32,716 nucleotides of DNA from Thraustochytrium aureum (lineage: Eukaryota), in assembly GCA_012862495.1 (NCBI GenBank), contig BLSG01000097.1:181710-214425 (forward strand), read 5' to 3'. Under the pieces are notes generated by a model, which was given only the letters and a program-made list of their open reading frames with translations, was not told where the DNA came from and searched no databases. Positions 1 to 11,600 of the stretch are shown piece by piece. The number at the start of each line of letters is the position of its first letter. The stretch's first letter is position 1. Both the position numbers and the translations under genes were made by a program.

Positions 1-1
1 C

Positions 2-518
2 ATCGCCGACCCTAAGGGAACGCCCAACCTGCTTCTCCAAGTGCCGCGCACCGCCGGCACCCCGCCGCCTGTCACATCTCCGACTCCCGCGCCGACTCGT
101 GCATGGCGCTGCCTCGACTCGTGGTTTGACGCTCGCGACGGGTGCGACTGCGAGTGCGGCGGCGGCGACCCGGACTGCCAAATCCTCGGGCAGCGCGTGT
201 ACTGCAACGGCCAGCCTGCAGGGTCAAATGTGGTCTGTGACATTTCACAGGATGCCTGCGTTCGCGTTTCTTCGGGCAGCCAGTCTGGTCTTCTCTCGGA
301 CGAAGACGGGGCAACGAGTGGAGAATCCAAGGATGCCAACAGCGCCCTCCGGCGACGACGCTGCCTTCGACCCGGTCCCACTCGCTGCCGGGCTCGCCGG
401 GTTTTCCGCTCTGGTCCTTGGCGGCGTGCTTGTGGTGCGTCGGCGTCGCGAGAACGGCGTCGAGTCGACCAACCCGAAGGCGGAGATGGCCGTGGCAAGT
501 GGGCCGAGCGACGTCTAG
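2..518 (+). CDS. 3' part of a single-pass (type I) membrane protein with a Cys-rich extracellular module; 5' end outside the window; one frameshift near 345
   Basis: Frame 2 is open from base 2. It reads a Pro/Thr linker (TPPPVTSPTPAPT), then WRCLDSWFDARDGCDCECGGGDPDC...YCNG...CDISQDAC. After one extra C in gccctcc (~345), frame 3 gives SGDDAAFDPV, a hydrophobic helix PLAAGLAGFSALVLGGVLVV, the basic stop-transfer RRRR and a short tail ending at TAG 516-518. Confidence 0.7.
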   Translation, partial: SPTLRERPTCFSKCRAPPAPRRLSHLRLPRRLVHGAASTRGLTLATGATASAAAATRTAKSSGSACTATASLQGQMWSVTFHRMPAFAFLRAASLVFSRTKTGQRVENPRMPTAPSGDDAAFDPVPLAAGLAGFSALVLGGVLVVRRRRENGVESTNPKAEMAVASGPSDV

Positions 519-729
519 TCGAGCCAATCGCGCCTGCAGCAGCTCTGTAGACTCCGTAGCTTGAGCCTTTTTCTACATGATCGTACTATGTTTGTTTCGC
601 TCTTATCCAAATCCATCCATCCAAGCGAGACTGGGGTTCGTCACCCGCGCTTGATTTCAATCAAAAGACCACGCAGCGCATTCATCGGAAATTGCAGGCG
701 CGGCTCCGAGTCGTCTTAGCGCAGGCTCC

Positions 730-1896
730 TCAGAGCTCTGTACGCTCCCTGCGAGCCGCGCGAGCAGAGCGCAACAACCTTGCGACATTGGTGTGGCCGT
801 TCATCTCGGCGTACTCTAGCGCAGTCTTTCTGGAGAGATCTCGCGCTTCGCAGTTTGCGCCGTGGTCAAGAAGGCTCTGAACAACTTCGACGTGGCCAAA
901 GTGCGCTGCGTGCATGATAGAGGCAAAGCCGGTCCGGTCTGTCCTATCAGCGTCTGCTCCGGCGTCCAGTAGCGCTTGGACAACGCCAGCGTCGCCCCGT
1001 TGAGCTGCATAGTGCAGAGCGGTCCACCCGTGCTTGTCCTCGGCGTCTACGTCAGAGGTGTGCTGCAGGAGCGCCTGGAGGATTTCGACGTTCCCGTTGA
1101 GGGCGGCAAAGTGCAGGGCGCTGCGGCCGTGCTCGCTATCTGTCGCGGCAGCGCTGGCTCCACGCTGCAGCAATTCGCGAGCTACTGCAGCGTGTGAGTC
1201 TGTCTCGCTGTCTGCATCTCGAAGGTGCGCCGGGCACAGATTGTGGTTGACGCGGTGTTGCATGCTGCAGACGCTAGCTAGCATCAGCGGCGTCAGACCT
1301 TCATCGTGACAGCGGGCCTCAAGGTCTGCTCCGGCCTCAGCGAAAGCGATCACAACCTCCGGATGCCCAAGTGTTGCAGCGTACGCGACACCCGAGCACT
1401 TGCCGGGTCTATACGAGGTCGCATTCACCATCCCAGGCACCTCCTCGAAGAGCTCCCTCAGCGCCCGCAGCTCGGACCGTTCAATGAGCCTCAGTTCCTC
1501 AAGTCCGAGCATCACCGCCACCGCACTACCAGCCTCGACCCGTCCCCCTGGAGCCCCAGCAGCACCAGCGCCAGCGCCAGCAGCGCCAGCAGTGGCAGCC
1601 GCTGCGGCCGCCCAAGTCGCAAAACCAGCTCTCATGCCCAACCTGGGGCAGCGCCAAGCGCGCATTCCCGCAAACCACCTCGCCAGCGATCCAGCAGGCA
1701 GCAGTCCCCCCGACCAAGCCGCGCGCGCAGCCAGGCCGCCAAGCTCGCGGGCCGCCGGCCGCGCAGCCGCGTCCAATTCTGGCACTGCCTGCCCGCTCTC
1801 TGCCCCATGCACAGCGCGCGGGCGACAACAAAATCCGCCGACACCATACAAACCGGCCCACAACGCGCCTCCCATATTCCCCCGACACCACTGCAT
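730..1896 (-). CDS. Ankyrin-repeat protein (~5-6 repeats); true start uncertain, possibly the downstream ATG at 1635
   Basis: Ankyrin consensus repeats: GLTPLMLAS, GRSALHFAALNGNVEILQALL, GWTALHYAAQRGDAGVVQALLDAGAD, GFASIMHAAHFGHVEVVQSLLDHGAN, KTALEYAEMNGHTNVARLL. The N-terminus is Ala/Gly-rich and low complexity. Confidence 0.9.
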   Translation of the reverse strand: MQWCRGNMGGALWAGLYGVGGFCCRPRAVHGAESGQAVPELDAAARPAARELGGLAARAAWSGGLLPAGSLARWFAGMRAWRCPRLGMRAGFATWAAAAAATAGAAGAGAGAAGAPGGRVEAGSAVAVMLGLEELRLIERSELRALRELFEEVPGMVNATSYRPGKCSGVAYAATLGHPEVVIAFAEAGADLEARCHDEGLTPLMLASVCSMQHRVNHNLCPAHLRDADSETDSHAAVARELLQRGASAAATDSEHGRSALHFAALNGNVEILQALLQHTSDVDAEDKHGWTALHYAAQRGDAGVVQALLDAGADADRTDRTGFASIMHAAHFGHVEVVQSLLDHGANCEARDLSRKTALEYAEMNGHTNVARLLRSARAARRERTEL

Positions 1897-2639
1897 AAGT
1901 CCCCCATGGCTTGCACTCCCTCAGGCCCTTCGCCTACCCCCTGGGCGCTCTTCAGACGGCACGGTACGTAGTCANNNNNNNNNNNNNNNNNNNNNNNNNN
2001 NNNNNNNNNNNNNNNNNNNNNNNNNNNNNNNNNNNNNNNNNNNNNNNNNNNNNNNNNNNNNNNNNNNNNNNNNNNNNNNNNNNNNNNNNNNNNNNNNNNN
2101 NNNNNNNNNNNNNNNNNNNNNNNNNNNNNNNNNNNNNNNNNNNNNNNNNNNNNNNNNNNNNNNNNNNNNNNNNNNNNNNNNNNNNNNNNNNNNNNNNNNN
2201 NNNNNNNNNNNNNNNNNNNNNNNNNNNNNNNNNNNNNNNNNNNNNNNNNNNNNNNNNNNNNNNNNNNNNNNNNNNNNNNNNNNNNNNNNNNNNNNNNNNN
2301 NNNNNNNNNNNNNNNNNNNNNNNNNNNNNNNNNNNNNNNNNNNNNNNNNNNNNNNNNNNNNNNNNNNNNNNNNNNNNNNNNNNNNNNNNNNNNNNNNNNN
2401 NNNNNNNNNNNNNNNNNNNNNNNNNNNNNNNNNNNNNNNNNNNNNNNNNNNNNNNNNNNNNNNNNNNNNNNNNNNNNNNNNNNNNNNNNNNNNNNNNNNN
2501 NNNNNNNNNNNNNNNNNNNNNNNNNNNNNNNNNNNNNNNNNNNNNNNNNNNNNNNNNNNNNNNNNNGGAGAAGGAGGGCCTGGAGGGCGGCGGGGAGGGG
2601 CGCTGCTGGTCGGCGACGCTTGCGACGCTGTACGCCGCG

Positions 2640-5600
2640 ATGGACGAACGCAAGGCGGAGGCGCACGGGCGCGCGGGGCGCGCGCGCGCAGGAGGCGCTG
2701 GCAAGGTGGGCCGGAAAGGCGCGAGAGGAGTCCCCCCGCACGTCAAGTACCCGAGATACTTGAATAGGGAGGAAGAGCGGCTGGCGCAGCTGTACAAGCC
2801 GACACCGAGCATGGTCGTGGAAGAAATGTCGCTGGACAGCAGGCTAGCTGCACGAATCAACAAGGCGGCGGCGCCAGAGATAATCGAATTTCTCGACACG
2901 CAAAACATGATCTCGATGGTGCCGGTCGATGAGCCCCTATTCCAGCCCTTCCCGCTTCACTTGCAGTTTCGCGAGTACACCGAGTTTGGCGAGTACAAGC
3001 AAACGCTCTATTTCCGAAACAACGACAGCGTTCCGCGGCGCATGCGCATCGTGGCTCCAGATAGCCAGTACTTTTCTCTTCGCCCGAACCCGCGCGACTC
3101 GGACCGTATCGCACCAGGGATGGAGGTCAGCTACGAGGTGACCTTCCGGCCGCATGGCAAGCGCGACTACCACGAGAAGCTGGTTTGCGTGACGGACCGA
3201 GAAAAGTTCTTGGTCGAAATATCCGCGCTCGGGCCCTGGGCATGCATGGACTTTCCCGACGAGGTCGGCTTCGGGACTTGCCCGGTAAACCACCTCAACG
3301 AGCGGACCTTCCTCGTGCGCAACGTCGGCGAACAGGACACGCGTTTCGGGCTCCAAGCCACCCCGCCCTTCTCCGTGTCGCCGTCCTCGGGGTTCCTCAA
3401 GCTCCATGACACGATGCAAGTCACCGTCAGCTTCAACGCGGAAAGCTGCACGGAGTACGATGGCGAGCTCGAGGTGTGCTACGAAAACGGTCAAAAGTCC
3501 TACGTTCACTTGCATGGCTCCGCCGAGAACATCAACGTCTCGATCGACAAGCCGATTGTTGAGGTCGACGCCGCCTACATCACGCTCACCTCAACCTGCA
3601 CGGTCAAGCTCCACAACGACTCGGACATTCCTGTCGAGTTTAGCTGGAAATCGTTCTCCGCACCGCTCGAAGACGGCGAGGAGCGCGCGCGCCTGCTGAG
3701 TCAGCTCGAACGCCTTGAGCGCGCAGAGTACGACGAGCTGGATCGCACCGTATACCAAGACGACTTCCCCGAGTCCCTGGAGGACGAGGACGACGAGGAC
3801 GACTCGAGCTTGTCCGGCACAGACGGGGTTCTCGAAGACGGCGATGACATGGTTTGCGCGAGGAAGCGCCTGCCGCTCGCAAAACGCCGCGATCTCGCAG
3901 CCCTCAAGCAAAAGTACAAAAACTTGCGCCGGGCCGTCGAGGAAGACCCGCTCCTCTTCGTGGACGAGAACTTTCGAATCGAGCCGCTGACCGGCCAGGT
4001 TTGGTCCCACTCGTCCAAAGAGGTGACGATCACGTTCCGGCCTCAGCTGGCGGCCGACTACGCCTCGATCGCCTGCTTGTCCGTCTCCGGGCGCGAGACA
4101 CGGTTGCCCCTAAAGTTGCTCGGGCAAGGCATTGGGCCCCGTGCGGCCTTCTCCTTCCACATTGTCGACGTCGGAAACGTCTTCGTCAACTCCGAGCACA
4201 AGTACGAGCTGCAGCTTGAAAACCGGGGGGACATTCCTTGCGAGTACTCGCTGGACCCCTCCGACTCCCCTTTGGCCAAGTTCATCGAGTTTTCTCCCTC
4301 GAGCGGGGTGCTCCAAGTCGAAGACTCGCACCCGATCGGCATTCGCTTTTGCTCAAGCGTGCTCGGCGAGATCTCCGAGCTTTTCACCTTTTCCATGCGC
4401 GGAAGCAACGACAAGCTCAGGGTCCGCCTCAAAGGCAACGTGATTGGGCCGACGTTCCACCTCAACATCCAGGAGCTCAAGTTTGACCGCGTCGCATATG
4501 GGTTTTGCAATACGCGCACGTTCAACATCTACAACACGTCTGCAATTTCGATGGACTTTGCGCTTCGCGTTCCAGGGGACGGCAAGTTTGACCAGCCAGA
4601 GTTTTTGCTCACCCCGGACCACGGCCACATCCCGCCCGGCCAGCACCAGGCAGTGAAGCTTGAGTTTACCTCACGCACCGTCATCAAGTACAACCTGNNN
4701 NNNNNNNNNNNNNNNNNNNNNNNNNNNNNNNNNNNNNNNNNNNNNNNNNNNNNNNNNNNNNNNNNNNNNNNNNNNNNNNNNNNNNNNNNNNNNNNNNNNN
4801 NNNNNNNNNNNNNNNNNNNNNNNNNNNNNNNNNNNNNNNNNNNNNNNNNNNNNNNNNNNNNNNNNNNNNNNNNNNNNNNNNNNNNNNNNNNNNNNNNNNN
4901 NNTGTTGTCGACGTGATCGGCATCGGGGAGGCCCTCGCAGAAGTCCCGATCCGTGCCGAGTGCGCCGTGGCCAACGTCGGTCTCATGCCGTCTCACCTCA
5001 AGAGAGCCGGCTCAACGGGCGAGGAGAACGACCTCGCTGCTCTCCTAGGGGACGATCCAGGAGACCAAGCCGAGCCCGACCTCGACTTTAGCAGCGACGA
5101 GGAGGAAGAGGGCGCCATCGGCGACTTGAACCAATCGGGAGCGCTCGACGCCGGCGCGCGCAGCGCTTCGCAGGCTCGAGACGGAGAGGTGCTCCTGAAC
5201 TTTGGACGGTGCTTCATCCGCCACCCGTACGTGATGCAACTCACGCTGCGAAACACCTCGGACGTCAAGGCGTTTTTCGAAATCACCCCCCAGGACGAGA
5301 CGACGCACTGCGTCGCGACCTATACGCCTGCTACCGAGGAGGGAACCATCGAGCCCATGAGCGAGATCGGCGTCGACATCACGCTCAAGTGCGCCAAGCT
5401 TGGCAAGCTAACCCTGCCGATGTACGTGCGAATCCTCGGCAGCGACAAGCCGCCGCTCATGCTCGACATTTCCGCGGTGGGTCGCGGCCCGCGACTTAAA
5501 GTGGAGCCCGGCGCGGTCGACTTTGGCGTCGTCAACTGCCTTGAGGAGACGAAGCGGAGCTTTACGATGTTCAACAAATCGCTCATCCCAGCCCCATACC

Positions 5601-8600
5601 GATGCTTTCTCAAGGCTCCAAAGTCGAGATTCACGATTGACTGCCACGAAGGCTGCTTGGGCCCCGGCGAGACGCTCGACTGCGAAGTAGGTGTCAACGC
5701 AGACGATTCCACCACGCACAAAGACGAGCTCCACCTCTTCGTCTCGGAAGGGGACAACATTGTCGTTCCGTTGCGCGCCAAGGGCAAAGGGACGACCATG
5801 TTTTGTCAAAACCTCGCAGAGCTGCGCAACTGCGCCTTTGGCAACGTCTTCACCAGTCGCCCGCACGAACGCAAGTTCCTGCTGGAGAACCGGGGCAAGC
5901 GCGAGCAAGCCCTGACTTGGTCCAACCTCACGCTTCTCGCCAAAACCGCAGAGCGGAACAAGATCATCGCCGAGGCGGAACGAATGCTCAAGGACAAGGA
6001 CCCTGAAGTCCAGAAGAAGGGCGCTCGCGTCCGCATCCCGGCTGAGCCCACGGCGGTGTACTCGGTCCACCCAGATTCTGTGCTCCTTAAACCGCGCATG
6101 GGGTGCATGTTCACTGTGCGGGGCGAGTCCGAACTCGCTGGAGACGTTGTCGAGCACCTTGCTTTGGAGAGCAAGGTGGGAAAAGACAAAAAGCCGCTCA
6201 CCGTGGTGGAGGCGGAAGCGTCCGCAACATTTGTCAACCCGCTTCTGCAAGCCTCCGCCGAGTTGGTTGAGTTTTGCTACACATTCAACCCGGACGAGGC
6301 TGCGCAGGAAGGGTCAAGCCTGCGCGCCACGCAGCGTCGGCCATTCACGTTGAAGAACATTTCCAAACTCCCGTTGGATTTCATCCTGCGAACGCAAGAG
6401 CCCTTCTCGGTGGACACCTGGGAGATTCAGCTCGAGCCCGACGAGGAGATCGAGGTTGCCGTCATGTTTGATCCTTTTGTCAGCGACGATCTCAAGTCGC
6501 AGACCATCCTTGGCAAACTCGTTGCCGTGCACAAGAACCATCCTCAAAAGGACACGTTTGACATTCGCGCCCAGCTCAACTTCCCCAACCTCGAGTTCGA
6601 GTACGACCAGGTTGACTTTGGCTGCATCATGAACGAGACCTCCAAGACCATGAAGGTCAAGGTCACCAACACCTCGATCATCGACACGATGTTTGCGTGG
6701 GCCTTTGTTGAAGACGACGAAGACGACACCAGCGAAGGCTCTGCCAATGGGCCGCGGTCGCGGCTCGCGGGCTCGACGCGAGGCGCGGCCCAGCTCGCCC
6801 CGAACGAGGTGTTCGACATCCGGCCGATCCGCGGGCTTCTCCGCCCAGGTGAGAGCCAGGATGTGGAGGTGTCGTATTTCGGGCACGCAAATCGCAAGTT
6901 TGCTGTGAAGGCTGTTTGCGAGGTGGAGGGCGGACCGGACTACGAGCTTGCGATAAAAGGCGAGGCCTCTGAGGTTAGCTATAGGCTTGACCAAACCTCG
7001 CTTGATTTTGGCGACCTGGTGCACGACCGAACGGAGGAGCAGCACTTCACGATCTTCAACACAAGCAAGGTGGCTTTTGGCTTTCGCGCGGTCTCGTCCC
7101 GCTCGGATGTGGTCGCATGTAGCCCCTCTGAGGGGCGCATCTTCGCCAAGGATAGCCAGCGCATCACTGTCCGCTTCTCGCCGCGGGTCCCCGACAAGGT
7201 AGCGCGCAATCTCTTGCTCGAGATCGCTCACTTTGAACCGATTGTGCTCCCAGTGTACGGGCGCGGCACCTACGCCTCAGTGTCGCTCAACCTCCCGCGT
7301 GCGGAGGACGTCGCTCTGGCCGAACAGGTTGGTGAAGATGCACCTGCAGAAGGCTGGCCCGACGATGCTCCTCTCGTCAGCATTGAGGAGGCCCACGAGT
7401 GGATGGGACTTGTCGCGGAGGCCGAGGAAGGGCTTCGTCAGCTTCAGCGCGGTGGAGCTCCGGGCCCGACGCAGAACCCCCTGCTCGAGCCCGGCAGCGA
7501 TCACGCGGAGAACAATCTCGCAGAGGCCGAGCCGCTGCGGCCGGCATCCGCTGGTCCAGTGCTTGGCGGCGGCGACGGCGGAGCCTCCCCGCTTCAGAGC
7601 GATGCTGGCAACGAAAACGCTCTTGCGCTTGTCACGCCCGTAGACTACAGCCCGCCTCGCAGCGCGCCGCTCGCAGGTCTACCGCAGGCTCTGGGCCTCG
7701 ACGAGCAGATTGACCTGGCTGCTTTAAATGCGTCGGACGCGAAGAGCCGCGGGACGTCTCCCTCCGTTTCCAAGTTCAGCCGCGCCAGCAAGAGAACCAA
7801 GGGCTCAAAGCGGCCGGCGCGGTTCGATACCGCCAAAGTCCGTGTTGAGTCGGAAGCCAACCGGCTCCGATNNNNNNNNNNNNNNNNNNNNNNNNNNNNN
7901 NNNNNNNNNNNNNNNNNNNNNNNNNNNNNNNNNNNNNNNNNNNNNNNNNNNNNNNNNNNNNNNNNNNNNNNNNNNNNNNNNNNNNNNNNNNNNNNNNNNN
8001 NNNNNNNNNNNNNNNNNNNNNNNNNNNNNNNNNNNNNNNNNNNNNNNNNNNNGCGCGACGAGCAAGCTGCGGCATCTGAGGACTCGGGCCAAGCCCCTGC
8101 TCTCCGTGCGCCGTCGCGCGGGAGCACGCGAAGCCGCGGCATCCCGCTATTTACGCTCGCAAAGTATGTTGTGGACCTCGGCGACGTTGTGGTCGGCAAG
8201 TCGAAGAAGCGGCCCTTCCGGATTCTCAACACCAGCGCGATGCCAATCAGCCTCGAGGTTGACAAACGGGCTCTCCATGGCACCTCCTTTACGATCGAGC
8301 CGGCGAAAGCCATGCGGCTTGCCGAGCAAGAGTCCGTCGATCTCGCCGTGCACTTTGCGGCGAAGAAAGATGCACCGCTCGGCAAGGTTCTCGTACGGGT
8401 CCCTATTGACGTCAAGAATGGCCCGCCGGTCGAGTTGTTTCTTCGCGCCAACGTGACAATGCCCGAAGTGTCCTTTTCGTCAGATTCGCTCGCCTTCGAC
8501 CAAGTCCAAGTTGGCCAGTGCAAGGTGTTCACCTTTCAGCTTCGCAACACCTCACCAGTGGTAGCGGAGTGGAGTCTCGCCAAGTCAGCGGAAGCGGGGC

Positions 8601-11600
8601 GCGGCGGTGCCGGGCCAGGGGACGCAAAAGCTTTCGCTTGCTTTCCAACAAGCGGCTCGCTGCAGCCCAATGAGCGCGTCAATGTTGAGGTCACATTCAC
8701 TCCAGCAGAAGGACGACCGTACCTGTCCAAGCTCCCGTTTCGCGTCACGAGCAACCCGCGAACCAAGTTTATTTCGTGCAGTGGCTCGGGCCTCACCCAC
8801 GAGCTTCAGGTTGCCGAGCAGGTCCTTGTAATGCGTCCCACCTTGCCTTCGCTCGAGGACGTCGCCTACTGCGACTTTACGATATCCAACCCAACCGACC
8901 ACGCCGTCGAGGTGTTTTCGGTCGATTTTGACCGCCAGTACCTTGCGGAGGAAAGCATGGTGGAGACCGTCTTGGACGCCAGCCCGGAGCAGTACTCAGG
9001 GGGGGTGATTCGAACCGTCCCGCGCGTGCCTGGAGAGCCCATTCAACAAGCCATCCTTGCCATGTACGAAGAAATCCAGGCTGCGCGAGCTCGAGAGGAG
9101 GAGCTCATCCGCGCGAGACAGGAGCAAGCTGAGCGCGAGGCGAAGGCTCTTGATGATGGCGAAAATGATGGCGAAAATGATGGCGAGGAGACCCAAGGCC
9201 AAGTTCCAAAGTCCGACGACAGCGAGTCAGGAGGTGTAGGCGATCTTGAGCAGGCGCCGCCTCAGGAGGTGGCCGCAATGCAAGAAATGGCTTGGAATGC
9301 TCCTCCAAAGCAGAGCTACCGCGAGCGCGGCCTCGCTTTGGACATAGTGCTTGTTGCGCCACCGGGCTGCCTCTCCGCGACGCTGCCCTCGGCCGTGGCT
9401 GAAGCAGCGGGCGGTGTGCCCCGTCCTCTGCATCGACGACATCGTCCGCTGGGCCGCTCTGGCTGGGGAACTAGACGAAGAGGTTGCCGAGCAATACGAG
9501 CTGCCCACCAGTACCGAGGACGCTGAGCCGACTGGGTCGAAGAAGGCAAAGAAAAAGGGGGCCGAAAAAGCGCCCGGTGGAGGCAGCCGATCTCGCGAGG
9601 GCGCTTCGGGCACGAATCGTCCTTCGGGATTGCGGAGCTGGCCTTGTGCTGGACGGTCTTGGCAGCCAGTACCTTCAAGACACCGTCGCGGTGGCTCAGG
9701 CCGTCCGAGATGCGTTCCGGACGAGGGTGGAGCGTACAGATCCACCTGCCGAGGGCCTTGATGTAGATGACAGCGAGGCCGAAGCGGCAGAAGCTCAAAT
9801 CCCCGCGAGCGGCAATGCCCTTCGCGTCGTTCGTCTTGAGTGGACTCGCGAGCACGCAGAGACCGCGAGCGGCGCTGCGAACGCCGAGGCAAGAGCATCG
9901 CTGGACAGCTACTTTGAAGCAGCTGCAGGAATCGAAGCAGTGTTCCCTCGTCCCGCAGCCGCCGCCGACAAGACGATGGACAGCGAGAGCTTCCAGTCGA
10001 ACCCCGAGGAAGAGATCAAGTATGCCGAGCACAAGTCAGAGGTTATCGGCGACTCGGTCGAGGAGAGCGACGGCGCACCGCCAGCTCTCCAAGACCAGGG
10101 CGAAGAGCTTGTCAAGGTGCTTTGCTTGAGTGGAACAGAAGCCGACGTCGAGCAGGCCATCCTCGCTTGGCTGCCGGCGCCAGGCACGCCGCTTCCAGAT
10201 GACTGGGACGAGTTTTACATCCCCATTCCTGCGCCCCAGGTTTTCCAGCTGGTGAAACGCACGCACCGGCCAGCCGCCAAGCGGGACCTGAGCCGATGGG
10301 CGCTCGGGTCTGCAAACCACGCTGGAGCAGAGGAGAACATGATCGAAAAAGGAAGCGAGAGTGCGGACCAGAGCGTGGTGGACTCTGCTGAAAACTCCCC
10401 ACAGTCGACGCGGTGGGTGATCCCGGCCCACGGCCAAGTCGCGCTGCGCGCCACTTTTCGTTCGGACGAGCAAGGCACCTTTGAAGAACGTCTCGCTTTT
10501 GAGATTGTTGGTGGACAACGGCAGTACTGGGTCGTTGCCAAGGCCCTGTGCACAGTGCCGACAATCAGCACGGACCCACGCAACGTGTTCATGCACCGTG
10601 TGAAGAACCGCCCAGAGCACCGCCTCGTTTCGAAAAAGTTTGTCATGTCCCGGGACACGTACGAGTTTGGCCCACTATTGGTTGGACGCGCCGTACCAGA
10701 TGCGGCAGAGGACGCCTCCGAGGCGGTCGGCGGCGTCGGACCCGTCGCGCCTTCCGGCGTTCTAACCAAGCACTGCGAGACGTTTCGGCTGTCCAACTCT
10801 GGGATCCTCCCCATTCGCAGCTCAACCTTTCGTTCGTGCCATGCAGCACAGACGGCAAGAGCACGCTTCCTGCCGACGCGGAGCAGCTCGAGGCGGGAGG
10901 CCTGGACGTGACCCCCTTCGTGGTACGGCCTGCAGAGCTTTCGCTTGAGCCCGGTGAAACAAGGGATGTGTTCGTTTGGGCCGTACCCCAGGCTCCAGGT
11001 CAGTACGACGCAAAGCTGGTGTGCTGCATCAAGGACAATCCCAAGGTAGCCGAGTTTCACGTTTCTTGCCTAGGCTCGAGGCCCGCGGTGGAGCTGCACG
11101 GGCCGTGGGAAGACGAGGTCTCGGAGAAGGAACGAGTTGAGGAGGCCCCTGTGCCAGTCCCCAAAGGCCAAGCGGCAAAAGGAAAGGCAAAGGGTGCTGT
11201 CCCCGCTGGCGCTCCGCCAGTGGGACAGGATGGGGAGACGCGGAAAATAGACTTTGGGCGGCTCTTGCTTGGGCGGCATGAAGACCGCACCTTTCTCGTC
11301 GCCAACGTTTGCAAGGTCCCCGTTCAGTGGCGCCTCGGACTTGGTGATCTTGCAGAGGCCTCGGAGTTCAGCATATACCCAACGGAGGGCCTGCTCGGCC
11401 CTGGCGAAAGCGCCTCAGTCACGGTTGGGTTTCGAGCGCAAGAAACTGCAGCGCACGAGCACAAGATCCGCGTCGAGTTCGCTGATACAGAATCCGGGGC
11501 CCTTGGGGACGAGGAGAGCGACCAGCCGCCTGCAGAGGCGCTTCTTGTACTGGTTCGCGCTGAGGGGTACCGTATCAAGGTCGACCCGTCCTTTGCGCAG

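Noticed and set aside
1400..2767. Long ORFs spanning N-gaps (e.g. 1400-2767, 1632-2741, 22218-23873, 22477-24153, 29732-31420)
   Set aside because: Their length is an artefact of N runs having no stop codons. The flanks are antisense or off-frame to real genes.
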